A stretch of DNA of 64,000 nucleotides from a bacterium (GTDB lineage Bacteria > J088 > JAWLBW01), in contig JAWLHK010000001.1 in assembly GCA_041690355.1 (NCBI GenBank), positions 186,001-250,000 on the forward strand. Reading direction: 5' to 3'. Made by a program: the position numbers and the translations under genes. Numbering within the stretch: the stretch's first letter is position 1; the number at the start of each line of letters is the position of its first letter. The notes under the pieces were generated by a model. It did not search any database and was not told where the DNA came from. It was given only the letters and a program-made list of their open reading frames with translations. Positions 58,901 through 64,000 of this stretch are shown here, in pieces.

Positions 58901-59034
58901 GCAGCCCGATGGCCCTGGGGATCATCGGTGGACTCGCGGTGGCGACCGTGCTCAGTCTGCTGGTCGTCCCTTCCTTCTACGTCGTGGCGGACCGCCTCAA
59001 GGCGCGCATTGCCGCACGTTTTGGTTCCGCCTGA
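55996..59034 (+). CDS. RND efflux permease (AcrB/MdtBC-like, HAE type)
   Basis: RRPV, PDVDYP, GLVVDDAIMVLEN, KNSIILVD, RLRPILMT. Confidence 0.95.
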   Translation: MNITELSVRRPVFAWMLMGATLVIGLVAFTRIGVSNLPDVDYPTISINVSWEGASPEIVETDVVEILEESLTQVEGIKSISSRSSMGSGRITVELDLDRSVDLALQDVQTRVSQAQRRLPADIDPPVISKSNPEDQPIMWVALSGPFPQRVLSDYARYQLKEKLQTVPGVGEIALGGYLERNIRIWLDADRLAERGVTAGEVIATLRRQHVELPAGRLESAGRELNVRVLGEALDLETFRSLVVARTGTTPVYLADVAIVEDGFEDIRRLMRANGVPAQGVGIRKQRGANAVAVAQGVRATLDEVRPTLPEGMELAVNFDSTQFIEESIHELQFELVLAVILTGIICLIFLGSFSTTLNVLLAIPMSLLGTVAVIYFLGYTFNTFTLLGLALAVGLVVDDAIMVLENVHRHAEMGKSRVQAALEGTEQIKFPALAATGSVVAIFLPVVFMDGVIGKFFMQFGVTLCAAILFSYVEAITLAPARMAQFMTVHAEGGSTIDRVFKRLSSVYERILRWSLDHAGWVLGAAVLLFFAALGVFRALPSEFVPSQDQSRLMVRYQTQLGNSLEEADRLIARAEDIVRSRPEVQRALAIVGGGDVSEGRMFVTLVPPGERKLSQNEFADELRKEFRNIPGLRAFVMDLSQSGFSARRGYPVEFSVRGPEWKSLVELSETVREKLDATGLVTDLDSDYKVGQPEVRLVPDRARAADLGIPIEDVAAAVNLLVGGSRVGKYSSGGRRLDVRARLLADQRSRPEDITRLFVRTAAGTLVPLSSLVTWEEQPSLQEVSREDRQRAIALSANVAPGHSQDEALAAVQALQKEMPVGYSLVLGGSSVAFQESMGGLFFAMLLGILFAYMILASQFNSFLHPVTVLTILPLSIAGAAFMLLIAGKSLNIFSMIGLLLLLGIVMKNSIILVDYANEERENGADPRTAMLRAGPIRLRPILMTSAATLTAAIPAALGLGPGSETRSPMALGIIGGLAVATVLSLLVVPSFYVVADRLKARIAARFGSA

Positions 59035-59041
59035 GGACCGC

Positions 59042-59821
59042 ATGATTCCGCTGTCGCGCCCGAGGTTCCGCCTTCTGCTGCTCGCCCTGGTCGTCATCGG
59101 CCTCGTCGCCGGCGTGCTCGGGATCCGCTCGGAGCTTTCGGCCGCGGACAACTGGCGTACGGCGCCGCGGACCAGCATGGGGATCGCGCCGAAGGCGACG
59201 GAGGAGCCGGAGCCGCTCGTGCACGTCTACGCGGCGCGCACGGTGAAGTGGCGCGGCTGGTTCGCCGTGCACTCTTGGATCGCGGTCAAGCCACGCAACG
59301 CCGTCACGTGGACGACGTACCAGGTCATCGGCTTCCGCCTGAAGCGCACGGGAACCGCCGTGGTCATCCAGGACGACGACCCGGATCGGCGCTGGTACGG
59401 CGCGCCCCCCGCGCTGCTGGCGGAACTGCGGGGACCCGCGGCTGAGCGCGCCATCCCGAAGATCCACGCCGCCGCGTTGTCCTATCCGTATCCGCACGCC
59501 TACCGGGCGTGGCCGGGGCCGAACAGCAACACCTTCGTCTCGCACATTCTGCGGGCCGTCCCAGAGCTGCAGGTCGAGCTGCCGCCGCACGCCATCGGCA
59601 AGGACTGGATCGACGACGGGGATCTCGTCGGCTGGTCCGAGAGCGGCACCGGCGCGCAGCTGTCGCTCTTCGGCGCCCTCGGGCTCACGGCGGGTCTCGC
59701 CGAGGGGCTCGAGGTGAACCTGCTCGGCTTGACCTTCGGCCTCGATCTCTGGCGCCCGGCCCTGAAGCTTCCGCTCGTCGGCCGCGTAGGCTTGCGCGAC
59801 GCGCCGGTGTTCGGGGAGTGA
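59042..59821 (+). CDS. DUF3750-family protein
   Basis: WRTAPR.S.GIAP, WRGWFAVHSW, YRAWPGPNSNTF, EVNLLGL. Confidence 0.85.
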   Translation: MIPLSRPRFRLLLLALVVIGLVAGVLGIRSELSAADNWRTAPRTSMGIAPKATEEPEPLVHVYAARTVKWRGWFAVHSWIAVKPRNAVTWTTYQVIGFRLKRTGTAVVIQDDDPDRRWYGAPPALLAELRGPAAERAIPKIHAAALSYPYPHAYRAWPGPNSNTFVSHILRAVPELQVELPPHAIGKDWIDDGDLVGWSESGTGAQLSLFGALGLTAGLAEGLEVNLLGLTFGLDLWRPALKLPLVGRVGLRDAPVFGE

Positions 59822-59834
59822 GGCAGCCTCCTCC

Positions 59835-60045
59835 CGACCCCAGCGGGGTCGCACTCCCCGCCGCGCAACCACCTCCTCCGGGCGAGATCGACTCGCCCGG
59901 TCCTCCTCCTCCAGCGAGGAGGAGGAAACATGCCTCCGTGTGCTCGATCCCGCCCTTCGCACCCGACCCGGCCCCACGGACCCCGGCGGGGTCCCATCAC
60001 TTAGCTACCGGAATCCCCCCGTGCCCTTCGACCCCGGAGGGGTCG
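59835..60045. repeat. Three REP-like palindromes GACCCC-N3-GGGGTC
   Basis: 59835-59851, 59978-59994, 60029-60045. Confidence 0.7.
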
Positions 60046-60103
60046 CAGCAAGCCGCCCCGGACGTCACGCCCCGCGCCTTGCCTCCGGCGGTCGGAGCGT
60101 CGT

Positions 60104-60511
60104 TCAGGCGGTGAATGCTCGAAGGGAGACGCTGTCGTGGGGGAAAAGCTTCAGCAGGGGGCCGTCGTTCGTGACCAGCTTCACATTGAGGCGCCGGGCC
60201 AGCGAAACGAATTCGCAATCGTAGGCCGAGGCGCCGGTGGCCGCGGCGAGTTCGAGAACCGCGTTGAAATCCGTCTGATGTTCTCCGGCTTCCATCAGCT
60301 CGAGCGCAAACTTCATCTCTTCGATGGCCGCCTGCGGGCTCAGGTTCTTGACCTTGACCTGCAGGGCAAGAACATTCATGAATTCACTTCGCCAGAGGAT
60401 CGGCGCTCGCCACACGGCATCCTGTTCGTAGACCTTCACGGCGAGCGCATGAAGTTCGGGGGGTCGTTTGGTGACAAGGTAGGCAATCAGGTTTGTGTCG
60501 GCGACGATCAC
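60104..60511 (-). CDS. vapC: VapC/PIN-domain toxin
   Basis: IVADTN, WRSEF, SAYDCEFV.LA, LVTND. Confidence 0.9.
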   Translation of the reverse strand: MIVADTNLIAYLVTKRPPELHALAVKVYEQDAVWRAPILWRSEFMNVLALQVKVKNLSPQAAIEEMKFALELMEAGEHQTDFNAVLELAAATGASAYDCEFVSLARRLNVKLVTNDGPLLKLFPHDSVSLRAFTA

Positions 60512-60750
60512 GGCCGGCCTTTTCGCTTGGCCGCGGAAATTTCCGCATCGGTCATCTCGAAATCAGGCAAGGTCTGGTGAAAAGCCCGGAGCCTGGTGAG
60601 AAAATCCTGCTTTTCTTCGGCGGTCGGTTGGTCAACTCGCTCGAGAAGCAGAACGATTTCCTGATTGAGGCTGCGCCGGTTCGCCGCCGCGCGCTGCTTG
60701 AGCCGCTCGTAGACGTCGTCGGGAATGTTGCGGACGGTAAGGTTCGCCAT
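60508..60750 (-). CDS. FitA/Arc-like ribbon-helix-helix antitoxin
   Basis: MANLTVRNIPDDVYERLKQRAAANRRSLNQEI. Confidence 0.9.
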   Translation of the reverse strand: MANLTVRNIPDDVYERLKQRAAANRRSLNQEIVLLLERVDQPTAEEKQDFLTRLRAFHQTLPDFEMTDAEISAAKRKGRP

Positions 60751-60860
60751 AAGGTCCCTCCCCGTATTCCCCTACAAGGGGAATTTCGGAACAGTGTCGA
60801 CTGATATCATCATAACATCATCACGACATCATGGCCCCAGAGCGCCTCGCGGATGCCTGC

Positions 60861-61050
60861 CAAGTGACGAGTTTCAACTGGAACGACGAGCACCATGCCC
60901 TTGTCCCATCAGCCCTTGGTTCTCAGCGCATGGCGCTTCATCAAGTGACGAGTTGCGAGTGACGAGTGACGAGTCGTCGACAAGGACGACGAATTAAGAG
61001 CCTTGCCCGATCAGCGCTCGGCGCTCGGTGCTTGGCGCTAAGCGCTTCCC
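60861..61050 (+). repeat. Composite heptamer-repeat unit, two tandem copies (left)
   Basis: CAAGTGACGAGT...CCTTG...(GCGCTYR)n at 60861 and 60942. Confidence 0.7.
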
Positions 61051-61368
61051 CCGGGGTAGGGTACCCCTCAATTGTGCAATTAATTGCACAAGCGGAAACC
61101 CCTGAAATCATTGGAAAACAGGGGGTAGGATTTGAGCCTTTTCGTAACGACCCTTCCGGCAATTGCGACCGAAAAGGAATGCCCACAACCACAAAGAGCC
61201 TTATGCCCCCTCGCCCCGGGGTCCGGAACCGCTGTTTTGCCTCCGGCCGGTATTCCGCGAGGGAATTGCGCGGAGCGAAGTGGGGGCGTGTTTCCATCGG
61301 CCATTGATCATCGACCATTGGCCGTCCGCGGAGCGCCTGTCAGGCGCTCCGCGACGTAGCGCTTGAGG

Positions 61369-61649
61369 TTACGCGACCCGTTCAACCTTAATCCGGTCTG
61401 CTCGCTTCATCGCCTGGGCGAGATCGTAAGCCGCCTGCATCCGGTACCAGGTCTCGGCGCTGCCGCCGAAGGCCTTGTCGAGCCGAATCGCCATTTCTGG
61501 TGAAATCCCGGCGCGTCCATTGACGAAATCCGAGAGCTGCCGCCTGCTTACGCCAAGGCGCTTCGCGGCTTCAGATACGGTGAGGCCCAAAGGCTCTAAG
61601 CAATCATGCCGAACGGAGAGCCCGGGGTGGGTGGGTTTTTCATCGCCAT
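61369..61649 (-). pseudogene. higA: HigA antitoxin with a 1-nt frameshift after MAMKNP
   Basis: Body [47 protein letters not shown] is out of frame with the natural start ATGGCGATGAAAAACCCA. Confidence 0.75.
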
Positions 61650-61735
61650 TGCACCGCATGATCAGGATGAATCTTCCGGCGGTCGCCCTTCTCGTAGAGA
61701 AGCTTGAGTCCTTTGTGCCGAAAGCTTCGTATCAT
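61640..61735 (-). pseudogene. higB: HigB toxin N-terminal fragment (internal deletion)
   Basis: [27 protein letters not shown] then runs directly into the higA start region and stops at 31 aa. Confidence 0.8.
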
Positions 61736-61875
61736 ATGAGAAGTGTAACCTCACAGCGCGCAGACGTCAAAGGGCAGTGCGCGGCCTGAGCAATACTCGG
61801 CCACCGAACACCAACCGGCTGGTGCAGGCCCGGCCAGAGAGCAATCTCCGCCGGGATTCGATACCATGACCGACC

Positions 61876-62913
61876 ATGCAACAGACAGAACTCCACACGG
61901 TATTTATTGAGGTCCGCGGCGCGGGGCTTCCCGAAGTCGACGGCCTTTATGTTCCGTCCATGGCCCCGCCGGCCACGTCCGAGTCGGGCACCCTGTCCCG
62001 GCCCGGCTACTGGAACGGCAGGATGGCCTGGGATCGGGCCGACGGCATGGGGGCGCGAAGCCCGGCGCTCTCGTACTCGAATTCCTACCAGGCTTGGCGA
62101 ATCGCCCGCCTCGACGGACACCTGGCCTACGAAATCTCGTCCGAGGAACCCCTGCCCCCGACGGACCGAACGTGGAACGTCTACAAGAACGGAATTGCGC
62201 CGGCGCCTGAGATAGTGATCCACCACTGCGATCCGAGAGAGCCTTGCCCCGCGCCCAACGTTGTCTTCGTGCTCGGCGGACCCGGCGCCGGCAAGGGAAC
62301 CATGTGCGAGCTCGCCGAACATCAGCTCGGGTGGACGCACCTGTCTGCCGGGGCCCTGTTGCGCGCCGAGCAGGAGGCGGGCGGGCCGATGGCGGCGTCC
62401 ATCCGCGAGATTCTCGATGCCGGAAAGCTGGTCCCCAGCCACGTCACCGTGGGGCTGCTCAAGCAGGCCATGGAGAACGTCACCCGGAAGACGGGGAAGA
62501 GGAACTTTCTGATCGACGGATTCCCCCGCTCGCTCGCCAACCTCGAAGGCTGGCTCGAGGTCTTCGGCCGCGAGGCGGCGCTTCCGAAGATGCTGTATCT
62601 GGAGTGCCCCTTTCCCGTCCTCGAAAAGCGCATTCTGGGGCGCGCCAAGTACTCAGACCGCAGCGATGACAACGTGGAGAGCATCAAGCTGCGGTTCGAC
62701 ACCTTCAAAGCAGAGACGCTGCCCACAGTGGACTACTTCAAGCGCGAAGGCCGGTGTGTCGAGGTCGACACCAGTCAGGACCGCCAGGCCGTCTATGCCC
62801 TCGTCCGCGAACACCTCGCGGAATACACGGAGAGGGACTGCGCCGAAAAGCCCCTCACCGAGCGCTCGGAAATCCTTCTCGGTCTGCGGCCGTACCCCGA
62901 ACGACTCAAGTGA
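61876..62913 (+). CDS. Eukaryote-type UMP-CMP kinase (adenylate kinase fold) with an extra N-terminal domain
   Basis: PNVVFVLGGPGAGKGT, HLSAGxLLR, LVPS, NFLIDGFPRxxxN, RSDDNVESIK.RF. Confidence 0.88.
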   Translation: MQQTELHTVFIEVRGAGLPEVDGLYVPSMAPPATSESGTLSRPGYWNGRMAWDRADGMGARSPALSYSNSYQAWRIARLDGHLAYEISSEEPLPPTDRTWNVYKNGIAPAPEIVIHHCDPREPCPAPNVVFVLGGPGAGKGTMCELAEHQLGWTHLSAGALLRAEQEAGGPMAASIREILDAGKLVPSHVTVGLLKQAMENVTRKTGKRNFLIDGFPRSLANLEGWLEVFGREAALPKMLYLECPFPVLEKRILGRAKYSDRSDDNVESIKLRFDTFKAETLPTVDYFKREGRCVEVDTSQDRQAVYALVREHLAEYTERDCAEKPLTERSEILLGLRPYPERLK

Positions 62914-63066
62914 CGAGTTACGAGTGACGAGTGACGAGTTTCAAACAAGGACGTAGAATCCGGCGCCCTTGCTTGATCGGCGCTTGATGCTTAGCGCTTG
63001 GCGCTTCGCCAAGTGACAAGTTTCCGACAAGGACAGAAGAATTCCTGCTCGGCGCTTAGCGCTTAC
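62906..63066 (+). repeat. Composite heptamer-repeat unit, two tandem copies (right)
   Basis: CAAGTGAC...ACAAGGAC..GAAT...(GCGCTTR)n at 62907 and 63010. Confidence 0.7.
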
Positions 63067-63409
63067 CCCCCCCCTCAATCACCCTGGCGCCGGCGATCGG
63101 GCTTCCTGCATCGGTCACCTCGCCGGTCGCATCCCCATCGATCCGCACGGGACGCGCAGCCGTTGGATTCGGCCGTGCGCGCGAGCGTTTCGAAGGCCGC
63201 TGGGTGGCAAAGAGAATGGAATTGCGGCCTACGGCCTCTTGCGTTGGCGATAGTGCAACCTGTCGACAACCGGAACACTGCATCGTTTCGTTACGTTTGA
63301 CACTTGGGGACGACGACTGTACCCTGCCCTCAACAGACTTGGCTCTCCCGGGAGCACCCCGATTTCTTTCGGAAGCATTATCGCGCTGCGATCCACAGAA
63401 GGGTTACCG

Positions 63410-64000
63410 ATGGACCAGACTCGACGCTCGGCTGCTTGCTTCATCATCCTTGTACTGTCCGCCGTTCTTCTGTCGTGTTCGGCCGAAACCGACCCACAAC
63501 CCGTTCACCAGAACGTTTGCGGTGACGGCGTCGTCAGCGGCGCCGAAGTCTGCGATGACGGCAACCGCGATACCGAGAAAACGTGTGCCGACGGCGTCCC
63601 TGCGTGCGTCGCCTGCAACGATTCGTGCACCGGTTTCGAAAACCTCGTCGGAAACTGGTGCGGCGACGGGATAGTGAACGGCAGCGAGGTCTGCGACGAC
63701 GGCAATCTGCTCACCGAAACGGCCTGCCCGGCGGGCACCGCCTCCTGCACGCTCTGCAGCGCCGACTGCTCGCAAGAGCTCTCGCTGACGGGCCCGGTTT
63801 GCGGCGACGGTAAAGTCAACGGTACAGAAGTATGCGACGACGGCAACACCTTGACAGAGACGCGCTGTCCTGGCGGCGCGGCCAGCTGCACCGCATGCGA
63901 TTCGACCTGTACGATTCCGCTGACGTTACCGGGGGGGTTCTGCGGCGACGGCGTCAAACAAGCCTCTGAAGTCTGCGATGACGGCAACGCCGTAACCGAA
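63410..64000 (+). CDS. Lipoprotein with myxobacterial Cys-rich repeats (DUF4215-like); 3' end beyond window
   Basis: Hand translation MDQTRRSAACFIILVLSAVLLSC...CGDGVVSGAEVCDDGN...CGDGIVNGSEVCDDGN; 4 repeats visible. Confidence 0.88.
   Translation, partial: MDQTRRSAACFIILVLSAVLLSCSAETDPQPVHQNVCGDGVVSGAEVCDDGNRDTEKTCADGVPACVACNDSCTGFENLVGNWCGDGIVNGSEVCDDGNLLTETACPAGTASCTLCSADCSQELSLTGPVCGDGKVNGTEVCDDGNTLTETRCPGGAASCTACDSTCTIPLTLPGGFCGDGVKQASEVCDDGNAVTE

Noticed and set aside
55996-59034. CusA/CzcA heavy-metal RND
   Set aside because: TM4 reads GLVVDDAIMVLEN (HAE type) rather than the HME-type motif.
61110-61160. Intact tRNA gene
   Set aside because: Only a partial T-arm/acceptor resemblance; no D-arm, anticodon arm or CCA can be built.
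60861-63066. CRISPR array
   Set aside because: Repeats are degenerate heptamer composites without constant-length unique spacers, and there are no cas genes.
63056-63283. 75-aa minus ORF containing GEVTDAGSPIAGARV (carboxypeptidase-regulatory-like strand)
   Set aside because: Only about 15 residues look protein-like; too short to support a gene or pseudogene call.

Overview
GC-rich, gene-dense bacterial chromosome segment. It is most consistent with a Myxococcota/deltaproteobacterial lineage (inferred from myxobacterial Cys-rich CGDG..CDDGN repeats, a CehA/McbA-like hydrolase, large Ig-repeat lipoproteins and an orphan sspB). It holds about 57 real CDS; most long overlapping ORFs in the six-frame track are antisense shadows. 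No intact rRNA, tRNA, CRISPR array, transposase or integrase was seen. Content includes lipid and redox metabolism, five TetR regulators (several with readable promoter/operator pairs), three surface lipoproteins with Ig/cadherin repeats, a Spy-like/ECF/anti-sigma trio facing an RND pump, RecQ and three type II TA loci, one of them decayed. Best leads: (1) a eukaryote-type UMP-CMP kinase with an unknown N-terminal domain, lying between composite heptamer repeats next to a decayed higBA; (2) an FRG / UdgX / dCMP-deaminase cluster; (3) a stand-alone H-NOX carrying the O2-stabilising distal Tyr; (4) mirror-image ECF promoters linking the ECF operon to the efflux pump; (5) twin Ig-stalk lipoproteins with Cys-bracketed divergent heads. 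All family calls come from motif recognition by eye; no database search was run.
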